DNA of 64,000 bases, from positions 90,830,001-90,894,000 of the forward strand of contig NC_043001.1 in the NCBI RefSeq assembly GCF_006345805.1, written 5' to 3'. Under the pieces are notes generated by a model. It was given only the letters and a program-made list of their open reading frames with translations, was not told the DNA's origin and searched no databases. Origin of the DNA: Octopus sinensis. Lineage: Eukaryota. The position numbers and the translations under genes are program-made. The first letter of the stretch is position 1, and every line of letters starts with the position of its first letter. Shown here one piece after another: positions 39,157-52,199 of this stretch.

Positions 39157-39520
39157 GGTGCTGGCATGGTCATGTGGTAAAAAGCTTGCTTCTCAGCCAT
39201 AAGGTTCTGAGTTCAGACCCACTGTGTGGCACCTTGGCAAGTGTCTACTATAGCTTTGGGCTCACCAAAGTATTACAAGTGGGTTTGGTAGATGGAAACT
39301 GAAAGAAGCCTGTTTATGTGTGTCTCTTTGTTTTTGTCCTCCACTACCACTTGACAACCAGTGTTGGTGTTTTCACTTCCCTTAACTTAGTGGTTCGGCA
39401 AAAGAGACTATAGAATCAGTACCAGCCTTAACAAAAAGTACTGGGGTTGATTCATTTGACTAAAAATTCTGCAAGGTAATTCTCCAGCATGGCTGCAGCC
39501 TGACTGAAATGGGTAAAAGA
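39157..39520 (+). mobile_element. SINE family A
   Basis: Full head-to-tail similarity to family A. Confidence 0.85.
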
Positions 39521-40948
39521 TATGCACGCACGCAACGGGCTTTGTTCAGTATTACCCCTTCTTGTTGACTCTAGTTTTTTTCATTTATATATTCACACAC
39601 GGCAGATGCCCAAACACAAACCTGGGAGTATGTATAATACTATTGCTGGATAGCACAGGGTAAATCTGAAGGTGGACGAGCTTTATACTGTTCTTGACTA
39701 CATTAACAGAATATATCATAACTAATGTATATGTATGTATGTTTATATATATATATATATATATATAAAATCTATGTTTTTGATTGTCTGTCCCTCACCA
39801 TTGCTTGACAATGTTGCTGTGTTTATGTCCCTATAAATTAGTGGCTCAGCAAAAATAGAATAAGTGATAGAATAAGTGCTAGGCTTAAAAAAAAAAGTCC
39901 TGGGGTTGATTTGCTTGACTAAAACCCTTCAAGGCAGTGCCCCAGCATGACTGAAACAAACGATCGTCATATTTACTAAACAAATAGGCTAGTTTGAGCC
40001 AGGTGGTTTTCATGTGTAATTTAACAATTATTAGTTATGAGTAGAAATGAAATATAGATAACTTCTGAACTTACTTTGAGATTTACAAATATATATTTTG
40101 GAAATGTACTTGCCTAACAGGTGATTTAATCTGAGACTGTGTTGAAAGTAAAACAATTACAGCATGGAAGATGCTCATTTGTTACTCAAAAACACAAATT
40201 TTATTAATTTGGTGTTTCAAATATGCTTCTCTGGAAATATAACCATACCTAGATTTCTCAGATTTTCTTTCTTTCAAACTCTGTTTTACACATAATACTC
40301 AAGTTTATCTCATTATTAAAGTCGTGATTTATTTCAATTATTTTGCTTATTTTATGTCATATTTGTGAACAGTGATGTCATTGTTTCTAACTGGCTATTC
40401 ACTTTTGATAAGAGATTGGCAAAGGAGTGTCTGAACAGCTTAAGTGGATTAAATACAGATTCTTAGCAATTTGATGCTTCTACATGCTCATAGTCGTGTG
40501 TGGGTGGTGTGTGTCATTACCATTAAACATCCACTTTTATATGCTTGTGTGGATCAGATGAAGTTTATCAAAGCCAATTTTCTATGACTGGATACCCTTC
40601 TTGTTGCTAACCCTTGCCTGTTTCCAAGAAAGGCAGCATTTTCCCAAGGTCAAAAACGTTTTTGCAGAATATTGGAAATGATTCATTTACAGCATTACAT
40701 GTCAAGTAGACGCATACATAAATGTAAGCACACACTCAAAAGGCTTACTTCAGTTTTCATCTAAATTGACTTTTGGCACAAAATAGCACACAGTACACTG
40801 TAAAGTGTGTACTGGGTGTACTTTTACAATAGAGAAAACATTCAGACATAGAAACCATGTTAAAGCTGAGATTGGAGCTTGTTGTGGCCCTGCTGGATCC
40901 CGTTAAGCCATCCAACCCAAGCCAGCAAGGAAAATGGATGTTAAGATT

Positions 40949-40980
<32 letters not shown>

Positions 40981-40989
40981 ATATCGATC

Positions 40990-41450
40990 ATCTGTATTGA
41001 CTAAACTATTGAATATTTCCTCAATGCACTTCCAATTCTTTCTTGATTGCACTCTTCTATACCATCTTGTCCCAAGTTGTTTAACTAAATATCTTACTGG
41101 TATTGAGTTCTTCTGAGTGGCCTTTTCCGATCTCTTGGATACCACTTGGCCACTTTCACAGGTTCACTTATTTGAATCTTGGGCATGTCTGATGCAGAAT
41201 CTTTGTTTTTGGTATTCTGCAATCACAGCAGTCACTTAACTCCATTTCCAACTGACCTCATTTCTGATATTCTGAGCATGGATCTTTCCATGGCTTTTTG
41301 TATTATAGCCAATGAAAGTTCGTTCTCTTCATAGTAGTTCATGTCTTACTTGTGTATTTAAGTGCATGTAGGATGGTACCATTGAAGAAACTGGCATATT
41401 GGGTCTTGTACATCTTGGCTTTGGGCACATCTTTTATTTCAGTGTATATG
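40990..41450 (-). mobile_element. RTE-like ORF2 C-terminal relic
   Basis: Minus-strand IQKAMERSMLRIS and KWA..V motifs. Confidence 0.55.
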
Positions 41451-41761
41451 CTCATACAATTTGCCATATTTAATTCACAAGGCATTGGCTTATCCCAGAG
41501 TCTATGGTAGATGCTAACCTAAGATGCTGTGCAGTGAGATGGTTCCAGAACTGTATGGTTGTGAGGTGAATTTATTAACACAGCTATCCATGTTCTCCTG
41601 CACTTCATTGCATATCTTAGATGCAAAATAGCCAAATGAATATGGTATTCAACTTTCAGATCTTATTTCACTTAGCTGTTCATAACGTCCTGATCTAGCT
41701 ATGTTATCTATAAGGTTGGCATCCTATCAAAGAGGAAATTTACCATTTGTTTTTAACACCA

Positions 41762-41963
41762 TAACCTTTTTGTTACCATATTTCTGTTGAAATATACCAA
41801 TCTTTGTTTTAAATAATTTTGAAAATGATTTTGTCAACAGCTTTGTCATTAGTAAGCTGGTGTTTGGAACAACTTAGCATGCAATTTTGATGGAGGGTTT
41901 TAATTATCACTTTAAAACATAGAACTAGGGGTGGTTTTAGGTATGTTGGTATCAGAAGGATTA
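41762..41963. mobile_element. piggyBac-type MITE (family 2; partial copies ~42620-42795, ~48800-49080, ~58487-58630)
   Basis: taacctttttgttacc...ggtatcagaaggattaa ends; recurring internal sequence. Confidence 0.6.
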
Positions 41964-42396
41964 AGAAAATAAAAGAATCAACCCAACTTATGGTATTTAA
42001 TCATCCCAAATTGCACACACACACCATTGTCATTCTCATCAGCACAAATTTAGACTTGTGACTAGCCTGTAAGAAATCTATAACTAATGACACCATTATT
42101 CACAAATACATAGAAAATAAAGTAAATATCATCAATGAACCAAGTCTTCTCAAGCTCAGTGCAGGTATTGATTTCGGTCAACAGCTTGAAATGATTTTTA
42201 AATTTCAGATGCATGAAAGTGAAAATGATCTTGATGATATCACGGTCTTATATGTTGATAGAAACAAGTATAAATTGATTTATAAGTGTAGCTTTTGTGT
42301 ATGTAAACATATGCTATCAAAGTGTCCTGTGTTTAGTAAAGCTTGTATAAAATGTGAGAAAAGGATCCTTTTAACTCTTAACATATCTCGTATTAC

Positions 42397-42602
42397 GGAG
42401 ATGTACTCGCATAGCAAGTAATTTGATCTGAGATCGTGTGCTGAAACGAAAACAATTGCAGCGTGGAAGGTGTTTATAAGCCATTTAAGAAACACACAAA
42501 AGCCGTTCGATTCACTCCAACATTTAAGTTTAATTTGTCAAAATATTTTCGTCGCTAAAATCCGCGACCTGTTCACTGACAAAGTCCGTGCTGCATCTCG
42601 TA
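42397..42602 (-). mobile_element. 206-bp hammerhead-bearing (Penelope-like) insertion flanked by 14-bp direct repeats
   Basis: atatctcgtattac at 42383-42396 and 42603-42616; degenerate relative at ~40095-40200. Confidence 0.65.
42534..42583 (-). ncRNA. Minimal type I hammerhead ribozyme, G3:C8 core variant
   Basis: TTTGTCA-GTGAACA-G-GTCGC(GGATTTTA)GCGAC-GAAA-ATAT-TT-TGACAAA: 7-bp stem I, 5-bp stem II, palindromic AATATT stem III. Confidence 0.65.
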
Positions 42603-42894
42603 ATATCTCGTATTACTTTCCAGTTAATATTGTGAAATGATTTTATAAAATATCATTTGTAAGCTGGTTTTTGTAATATAAGCATAAAATTTTGATGCAA
42701 ATGTGAAGCAAGTTTAATTTAAATTGCTTGAAATCATGAAATTTGTATACATAGACTCAGGAGCAGTTTCAGGAGGGCTTATATCAAAGGGCATAAATAC
42801 ATGTGTATTTTGTGTGAGCATAAAACCACCTAAGAAATAAAACTGATAAAAGGCTAAACTCCCAAATGAAGTCCTATTGATTTGATATCTTTTA

Positions 42895-43240
42895 TTAGAC
42901 TACAGCGATGCTGGGGACACCACCTTGAACAATTTTTTAGTCAAATGAATTGACCCCAGTACTTTTTATTTTATTAAGCCTGGAACTTATTCTATAAATC
43001 TCTTTTGCCAAACCACTAAGTTATGGAGATGGAAACAACACCAGTTGTCAAGCAGTGGTGGGGACAAACACAGATATGCACACATATATGATGGTTTTCT
43101 TTCAGTTTCCATCTATCAAATCCATTCACAAGTCTTTGGTTGGCCTGAGGCTATAGTAGGAGACACTTGCCCAAGGTGCCACACAGTGGGACTGAATCCG
43201 GAGCCATGTGGTTGGGAAGCAAACTTCTTACCACACAACC
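42895..43240 (-). mobile_element. SINE family A
   Basis: Similarity to 10983-11376. Confidence 0.85.
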
Positions 43241-43837
43241 TTGCAACATGTTTTTATTGGCAAAGTCTATGAGAAGACCTTCTAAATAGTTTTTGGTCAT
43301 CTTGAACTTGCTTGTTGTTTGTGACATACTTTGAATATGTCTGTTATAATCTGATGATGTATAAATTCCTCATAAGGACAAGATAAAGCACTCCTCATAT
43401 ATGCTTATACTTGTATATACATGTTTGCATTAGAGTGTGCTTGTAAATGAGTATGTAGACTTGCATCTGTGTGTATGTTTTCAGATATGAATGTATGTGT
43501 TTGTGTGCATGTGCTTGTATATGCTTTGGTGTACTACAGAAGACTGAAAAAAAATAAGTGGGAGAGTAGATAAGGTTTGGTCATTGATCCAGTAGTTAGT
43601 TATGGCTAAATAATTCAGTTTTGAAGAGATAACATTTGTGGATCTTGATGGATGAAACTATTACTGATGACAGTATGCAAACACAAAAGCAGGCATCTAA
43701 CAGATTTTCTTCCTTTTGGGAACATGGAATGTTATTGAAAGAGAAACTGAATACTGTTGGTTAGTTAAATACATAAAATAATGTTCTTGTGTCTATTTGG
43801 TTTTGAAATTACCAACTTTTTTTTTTGCCATTTAAAG

Positions 43838-43876
43838 TTGCCAAAGGATAATTTCAGCACACTTGATGAGATGGAG
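43838..43876 (+). CDS. Candidate 39-nt micro-exon (LPKDNFSTLDEME)
   Basis: Poly-T acceptor ...gccatttaaag|, GAG|gtcagt donor, phase 0-0, open in frame with the flanking exons. Confidence 0.5.
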
Positions 43877-45784
43877 GTCAGTGTTTTGTGAGACACTTCA
43901 GAAGTAATATTCTGAGCAGTTAGTTGGCAAAGAGAATGGTATTTTGGTGATGGTTAACTAGATGTGTGGGTTCATGTAGTCATTATATGTTGTTAGGCGT
44001 AGTTAAAGAATTAAATTTGTATATTGAGAAAGACAGTGGATAGTCATTTGCCTTTTGTATTTTAGATGTGATTATTTTGTTTTCTTGGAGGGTTAAAGAT
44101 TTTTTTGAGTTTTTGAATTTAATGTTATGTTTGTAAATGTCTGTATGTACACATACTCACTGTCTGTTTGTCTCTTCTGACCTGGATTTGGCATGGGAGC
44201 AGAGATGAGAGAATGTGATTCACTTGACTGTGTGGCACACTGAAAAATTCATATAAAAGGTTTAAAAAGAATCGACAAAGTTAAAAATTTAGAAAAGAAA
44301 TGTATCTGGATAGTGTGTGTGTTTCTGTTTTCTAGTCTTGACATTGCACACCAACTGTAAATAATCACCATCATACAGTGTCATTTGCTTGTAGTCTTGT
44401 ATGGAAACTTGTCCAGACTACGGGAAGGCATTAGCCTTACTTGGAAATGGTGAGGGTTAATGACAGGAAGAGCATCTGGCCATTGAAAATCTGCCTCAAT
44501 GAACCCTGTTTGATCCATGGGAATGTGGACATTAAAACAATAATGATGGGGGGTGGGAACTATTGCTGACCATTGTTAATCATCATTTTAGCATCCACTC
44601 CTTCATGCTAGCATTTTTGCCTTCTTGATCTTTATGCCCTTGCTTATGCCGTGTCTCTTCATGAAATGGCAGCTCCAAGATGAAAACCCAGCAAATTCAT
44701 CTTGTACATTCCTTTGTCTGCTAATCTCAAATAGTTTCATCTTTGTTGAGACTGTGTACCTCTTACTTTATGTATCCATAAATTTATGGTTTCCCCCAGT
44801 GAGACTTTAATGCTTGTATGATGAAGACTTTGTTGTTCCATTTCCGTTTTCTTCAATGTTTCTTTTCTCCACTCATAAATCATTTTTTATTCTTTTTACT
44901 TGGCAGTGGTCCATACTGTTGCTCAGTTGTCATATTGTTTGGTATATTCTATAACTTGTAAATTGTAACTAATTATGTATGTATGTTTGCCTTCTGTTTA
45001 ATTGCCAATGTGTAGTGTTGTGTCATCTGAATTACTAAAATAGTCAGCTTTACATCAGTGGTACTCTGTCTGCCTACACAAAAGATGTGTGAATCATGAC
45101 TGATTCATTGTGTGTGTGAGTCAGTAAGTTTGGATTTATATTGCCTTCATGTGTGCTTACTTGCTTGTTGTAAATAATGGCTTCGGTGATGGTGCTGCCC
45201 ACTTGCTATCCACTGCAAAAGCATATTCCAGCTTCGTAAACAAATGGTTCATTCATATGGTTTTTTTGTTTCCAGTTCTCCATGTAATCATGTCTGGGTT
45301 GGCAATAGGAAGGTTATCTTAATGTAAAAAAAACAAAAAAACTCTGCTCCAACATACTCTCATGCAAGCCTGAAAAAATAGATTTAAAAAATGACATTAT
45401 AAACCAATATGATGATCATAGTTCTGGGATATATTGTATGTGAATTCTAAATGTTTACATCTTAAGGTGTGGAGTAACTTTAGGTTTTTTTTTCTGCCCC
45501 CTCAAGGTAAAAATGTTTTGTAAGTCAAGAAATGTGGTAGCCTATAGCTATTTATAGTCATTTACATTATCATTTTGGTAAATCAGTCTGATTTACTTCA
45601 GAGTGAGTTTTGTAGGAAGTGTAGTCAGTTAATTGAAAAGAGATAGATATGCACACGTGTATTAGATAACACATCACAGCAATGATTAAAATTTGTATTG
45701 TTTCTCATTAGATATACCTTAATGTACATTTGAGATTGTCATTCGTTTATATATATATATATATATAATTTTTTTCCGTAATAA

Positions 45785-45979
45785 GATAAAAAAACCAAAG
45801 CTGTGTAGATTTTAGAACATTTATAAATAGGTCTTACAGCTGTTTCTAGGATATTTACTATATCCCTTCATTGGAGACAGTGTGAGAAGATGGTTAAGCA
45901 ATAGTTAATTCAGAGAAGATACGAAGTAGAGAGTGAGGTGGAGGAATGAAAATAGATGAGATATGCAGGGATATTGTAT
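45785..45979 (-). mobile_element. Single arm of the Penelope-like fold-back seen at 19466-19885
   Basis: Colinear with ~19480-19680; hammerhead-like motif at 45831-45878 with CCAATGA core. Confidence 0.8.
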
Positions 45980-47507
45980 TTATATGTATATATATATATA
46001 TGATTCCAATAACCTTATGAGTAAAATCCAATAGTATTTAAAATTGGTCATTTCAAGTGTAGAGTTTATACACAGTGTTATTGAATCAAGGGTTGGCCTT
46101 TTTCCACGCTGGCATGGGCTGGATGGTTTGGCCAAAACTAGCAAGCTGGAGCTGCACCAGGTTCCGGTCTGATTCGGCTTGGTTCCTCTGGTTCCTAATG
46201 CCAACCATTTTAGTGTGTGGTGGATGCTTTTTTGTGGCACTGGCACAGTTTTCTTGCAGGCCAATCCTCTTCACCAGCAGTTCTGCTGTGGAGGATAGGT
46301 CTTCCTGATTACAGCAAGGCACCCAGTATCTTGGTCTTTTGTTTGCAACACACACACACACACACACACACATTTGTATTTGTTTTGCAAAATTCTTTGT
46401 GAAATTGTTTGTTGAAACATTATTATATTTTGTGATGGTAATTTTTTTTTTTTCTTGCCAAATAAACACACGCACTATATATTCATTCTTAATTTTTATG
46501 TCTATTGTCTGGAAGAGGTCACATTTATGTGACGAAAAATTTCCAGGCAGTGGACATAAAATAAGAACAATAAACAAATGTAGAATTAATGTGGTGTTTA
46601 TTTGGTAAGAAAACATTTCAGATTCAGTTCTGTTGCTTAGCAACTTGGGCAAACATCTTCTATAGCTCGGGTCAACTAGGAAACTGAAAGCAGCTCATTG
46701 TGTGTGTGTGTGGTGGTGGTAGTAGTAGTAGGCTGTGTATTTGTCTCCTGTTGACATCATGCAATAGTTGTCAACTAACATTACCACCATACTGTCATTC
46801 GTTTGCAACATAATGGAATGTCTGTCCTGCCATTGTTACTGTTCATATTCAAAGGATGGGGAAATATTACTTTGCTTTGAAACAGCCTATCTCATGAGTG
46901 TTAATAGTATATTCACTAATTCTTTAGTAAAGAAAAAATTGGCCATTCAGTTTTGCACTGGATCCCAAGGTAAACATGTTTATCAGCATATCAAAGCTAG
47001 GAGCAATAATCAAACTGTTGTTAAACGAGTATTTTCAGTTTGTCAACATGAATATTGACTCCATTTCAGTTTCTTGATTGAATATATTATTGAGAAGATA
47101 GAGGAGATGTAAAAGAACGGATGAGTATCGGGAGTTAGTGGAAGAGTGCAAGAATGGGTGGAAAATGAGGTGTTTACCTGTGGAGGTTGGCATTTGAGGG
47201 GTTGCAGGTCATATCCTGAGTGAGGCTTATGAAACACTAGGCATTACATGAATGAACAGAAGAGCCTCAAGACAAACATAAAAGTTCCAACTGAAAAGTG
47301 GTGATTGGTGGGGTCAGAATGCTACTTGAACACAGCTAGATTTGATCAGCTTATGTTCAGGGCACCTGCATGAGGGTGTGCATTGTAAGACCCAAAACTG
47401 AGGATATAACACTAACAATGTGTCCAAGTATTGCATCTTGAGATATTGAACTGAATGTATTTCTAGTTAAATTTATCATTGTGGAATAAGCTAGTTAATT
47501 CATCATA

Positions 47508-48052
47508 CTAGGTCTGATCAAAAAGTATCAGGACTGTTGCTATAGTAATAGAGCTAAAGTGTGCAAAGTGAAGCTGCTTGGTACAGATTAACCTTGAACT
47601 CTGTTACTCATTCACACTAAGTTATAGCATTCACACTTCCATTGTTTATAGAAGTGTTTGGAAATAAAGTGTATAGAGTGCGGTAGTATCAAAATGAGTG
47701 GGTTTCAGCTGTGCAGGATCTCTTTGATTTTGTCGAGGAAAATGGAAACTTCTTGAAAATGGTCATAACAGGTGATGGGTATATGGCTATGACCCTAAAA
47801 CCAGGCAAAAATCAAATTCCACTTGAAAGGAACAAGATTTCAAGATGTCGAGGAAATCCGAGAGAATGTGACAAGGCAGCTGCCTGTTGTCCACAAAAAG
47901 GAGTTCCAAGAATGCTTTCTTCAATGGAAACAATATTGTCTAAGTGTGTGGCTTCAGACGGGGACTACTTCAAAGGAAGTTTAATACTGAATTGATATGT
48001 ATTGTAGTTTTCTTTCTTAGCACCAGTCCCAATACTTTTTGATCAGACCTTA
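47508..48052 (+). mobile_element. Internally deleted mariner
   Basis: TIRs aggtctgatcaaaaagtat / atactttttgatcagacct, TA flanks; FLKMVITGD and KGTRFQDVEEI motifs. Confidence 0.88.
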
Positions 48053-49099
48053 TAGTTCTAAAATTTTTCATCTAAATTGGTTAGACATATGCACCAATTT
48101 GAAACTGAAGAGAGAAATAAGCCTACTGTCAAGATATTATTTTCTGTATTGTAAACACAATGAAGTATTGAATACCATTTCTAGTGAAATTTTTTTTTTT
48201 TTTTTTAGTAAGAGAAATTTGTAGTTTCTTTAAAGGTGTTACAATGGCTTAATCAAATTGACCTAAAGGCTTGAATGATTAATGTATTTGTAGTGAAAGA
48301 CCAGAGCTAGTCCCTCTAGTGTTCTAAATTCCAATTTGCCATTATTCAACTTTGTTCAAGTTTCAATATCTCTTTAGTCAGTGAAATAAATACCAGTATG
48401 ATAATGAGATAAATTTAATTAAGTCTTATTCCTCTAGCATAAGTGGTCTTGTACTCAAAATAGAAATGGTTTCATGCATTTAGAAATTTTTCACAAGTTA
48501 CTGAGAACTTCACTAAATGTACATATCCATTTAAAGGTTAATTGTTTAACATCTGTGGTATGGATTTGGGCATATAATTAGAATAAGCTCTTACAGCTAG
48601 AGGCTGCCTCCCTCCTGCACCAAACTCTATATGAACCTCCAAATTGTTTACTGAAATAAGAACAAAATTACAAAATACTGTTGATGATTTCTTAATTGGG
48701 TCCAAACATACAAATATATAAAGTACATGTATAGTCAGTAAAATATCCAAGTACACAACTGGTACTAAATCTTTTCACTTCCCCTGAATCTAATAAACTG
48801 TTTCAATCAGTTTGTTTTGAAAATAATTTATAAGGGTTCAAGCTGGTATTTAATCTTGTCATAAAGTATTCTTATGTAAAAAATTATGATGGAACTAGAG
48901 GGTGAAATGGGGGCAACTTGAGCAGGTTGGTATCGAACAGTTAAGACATTTTCTTGATTATTCTTATTACATTTTCGTGGAAAATACAGCTTTTGTTTCA
49001 ATTAATTTTGAAAATGAGAAATTTAGTAAAATAGCTTTGTCATTAGGTGTTGAACATAAATTAGCATGAAATTTTGGGTTTTTATGATAGAAACTTCCT

Positions 49100-49490
49100 G
49101 TGTGGTTGACAAGGTTGCTTCCTAATCATGTGGTATTGGTTGAGTCTCACTGTGCAGCACTTTGGGCAAGTGTTTTCGATCATAGTCTTGGGTTGACCAA
49201 ACCCTTGTGAGTGGATTTTGGTGAATGGAAACTGAAATAAGCCTGTTTCTTGTACTTGTCTGTGCATGTGCGTATACCCTTCTCCTGACATCATGTGATT
49301 GTGAAACAGGCATCAGTCATACAAGTATTGTTGTTTTCTAGTCTTCTGTGGAAAAACATGACTGGCTATGAGAAATACTACCTTACTTGGAAACTGAAGG
49401 TTGACAACAGGAAGGGCATCTGGTCAGAGGAAACTTGTCTCAGTAAACTCCATCTGACCCATAGTAAAGTGAATGTTAAAAATGGTGACT
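49100..49490 (+). mobile_element. SINE with family A head and RTE-type 3' tail
   Basis: Head as family A; tail aggaagggcatc...gttaaaaatggtg as RTE 3' end. Confidence 0.65.
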
Positions 49491-51222
49491 TTGATCTATT
49501 CTTATTCTAGTATATTTTCTGTAATTCTCTGATTTTTCATAGATCACTTTTTATTATTGATGCATGTGCCAGTCACTCATTAACCTTTATTTGAATCATC
49601 TTAGCTATCTTATTTTACTTTCTTTAAATAGGTGTCTTTTATCCTTTAATGGCAGATTTCCAATGTGTTTTATTTTCAATATAACAAAAATCTTGAGTGA
49701 TTTTGTAAAATAACTGTAATTTTATAAATTAATATACTGCTATTAACCAACTGAAATCTCGTGTTGTAATGAGATTGTGATTTAAATATTACTTTATTAA
49801 AGGAAATCACAGGCAAATTGGTTTTGAGTTAATGGAAAAATCTCATTCCTTTTAGAAGAATATTGCTATTTTATGTTTTGATATCTTTTAAATTTTCGTA
49901 CTAATCTAACCATTTACAGAGCCAAACCTTTTACAAAGCATTGAAAAGAAACTTGTCTCTCATCCCCTGTGGTAAATCATTATTTAGTTGAACTTGGGGC
50001 ATCAAGCTAAATACCTTGTGATTTCAGCTCTTTACAATCTGAGCTCAAATCTCACTGAAGTCAATTTTACCATTCATCTGGAACTAGGTCTAGTGTGGGC
50101 TTTGAGATATGAAATGGTAAGAGTGACAAAAGGAGAGATTAGTTGGTGGAGGGCATGTTGTAGCAGTGATAGACTAGTTAGAGAAAACATCTGTAGACCA
50201 GAGGTTGCAGTGTGAGTGAGTCTTTGCTGATCAGATTGGATGTTCTTTATTATGCATTCTGGAAGCTTGTGTATTTCACAGCAGCCCCATCTTAGATGTA
50301 GGATCAGTATTACATTGTTGGTCGTACTTGAGCTTTGTGGACAATCAGTAGCAGCTGATCAGCCTGTTCCCACCAGTCAAATATCCCTGTAATTCTTTTG
50401 AAAATTGTTACTTTAGTACTGATGAAGGGCCACTCTCAGTTGGAGTGGTTCATATCTACAAACAATGACCACCCCCACCTTTCCCTGTTGCTGTTATTGT
50501 TTTATTTGGTGAATGATGTTTGTACTGCAATCTTTCCTCTTATGTTATCATTTGAAAATTAAAATTATAGTTTTCTTCCTGCTGATAATTCTCACAGCCT
50601 TCCAAATAAGGTAATATTTTTCTATGACCAGGCATTCTTTCATGGAAAGTTAAGCAATTACAACTATCATGTGATGGAGACACATGCACACACACACACA
50701 CACAAAATTCTTTATAATTTTCACAATTTACTGTATCAAAGTTGAGATCTATCAATCAACTTCTTTGCGTGTTAGGCAAACAAATCAAAAGCTTATTTAT
50801 CTATGTTTTCCAATTAACTCTGCTGAGTTATCCTTATTTTTCATGTTTTTCTGAATTTTTCAAATGGTAAATATAATTTATGGACATCCTGTACATATAT
50901 ATAAAAGTGGATTCTTTCAGTTTACATCTGCCAAGTCCACTCAGACTTAGATTGACCTGGGGCTATAAATAGAAGATAGTTGCCTGAGGTGCCACATTGT
51001 GTGACTCAACTGGAAACCTTGTGGTTGGAAAATAAACTTCGTTACACAACCATTCCTGTTTTAGCAAATATCAAATATATTGACTTGATTTGAAGTAATA
51101 TAACAATCAGAAGAAAGCTGGTAATTAGAATTAGCAGCAGCAAACCCATAGTTGCTTGATATTGGCAGTCCTATAATCCTGTGAAGATTGTTCTAGCCAA
51201 ATGAGTCACATATCTGGTTTAA

Positions 51223-51429
51223 CCTTTTAGCATTCAGATTACTCTGTCAAATGCAATGCTTAATTATTCACATTGACTTAATTGTGCATTATCTTGTAGC
51301 TTTGAGATTTTGGTGATTTTGGTGAGATTTTCTTGAATGTCTTTGTAGGATAGGTGTGAGAGGTTGGATCTGACTGGTTGAATAAGTAGGATATTTCGGC
51401 TAGATGTGGCCAGTTTAAATGCGAAAGGG
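51223..51429. mobile_element. piggyBac-type MITE (family 1)
   Basis: TTAA|ccttttagcatt...aatgcgaaaggg|TTAA. Confidence 0.85.
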
Positions 51430-51829
51430 TTAATTCATCAATGTATTGGATGGTCTGAAGTCTTGTCACCCACTACAGAAAAGTAATAAGAACAATAGAG
51501 GAATCTGAAATAGGAGGAAATGGAAATATTTACATTTCATATTCCTCTATTGTTCTACTGTAGTGGGTGACAAGACTTTTGGACCACCATGTAGATTCCA
51601 CAAAGAAGTCATTAAGTATATTTTTAAAATATATTTGTTATCTGAGAATTTACAAAATGGTTATTAAAGAGAACTGTCTAGTTCAGACTTCAGATCATTT
51701 AGCAAAGCATTCAGAAAGAATGTTTAACCCTTACAGGCACAATACATAGAGAAGTCTTTAACCTCACCTAAACACTGTTTATAGCTGTTTTGTTTTTCTT
51801 TTTTCACCAAGACACTAATATTGTTTTAA

Positions 51830-52047
51830 CCTTTTAGCATTCATATTACTCTGTCAAATGTAATGCTTATCCATTCACTTTGTTTTAGATTAATCATGCA
51901 TTATCTTGTGGCTTTAAGACTTTCATCATGTGATTACATACTTTCTAGAATGACACAGGGAAGGTGTGAGAGACAGGATCTGGCTTGTTTGAACATAGAA
52001 TAGGTAAAATATTTATGCTGGATATTGCCGGCTTAAATGCTAAAGGG
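51830..52047. mobile_element. piggyBac-type MITE (family 1)
   Basis: TTAA|ccttttagcatt...aatgctaaaggg|TTAA. Confidence 0.85.
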
Positions 52048-52199
52048 TTAAGGTAGTGTGAAAATTGAGCTTTTGATCTCTTGGCTTCCTTTGAAAACAA
52101 TGTTGATGCCCTCAGAACCAGCAAAACTTTCAAGTATATCTAGTACAAAAACCTCCTAAGTTGGATGTTAATGAGATCCAACTATCTCTTGCAGCATGC

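Noticed and set aside
42191-42421. Cys-rich 76-aa ORF
   Set aside because: Runs into a mobile element; no strong donor; no recognised domain.
50418-50460. CTGATGA + stem (also degenerate motifs at ~5195-5260, ~9300-9340, ~53357-53385)
   Set aside because: Lacks GAAA or an intact core; at best decayed PLE hammerheads.
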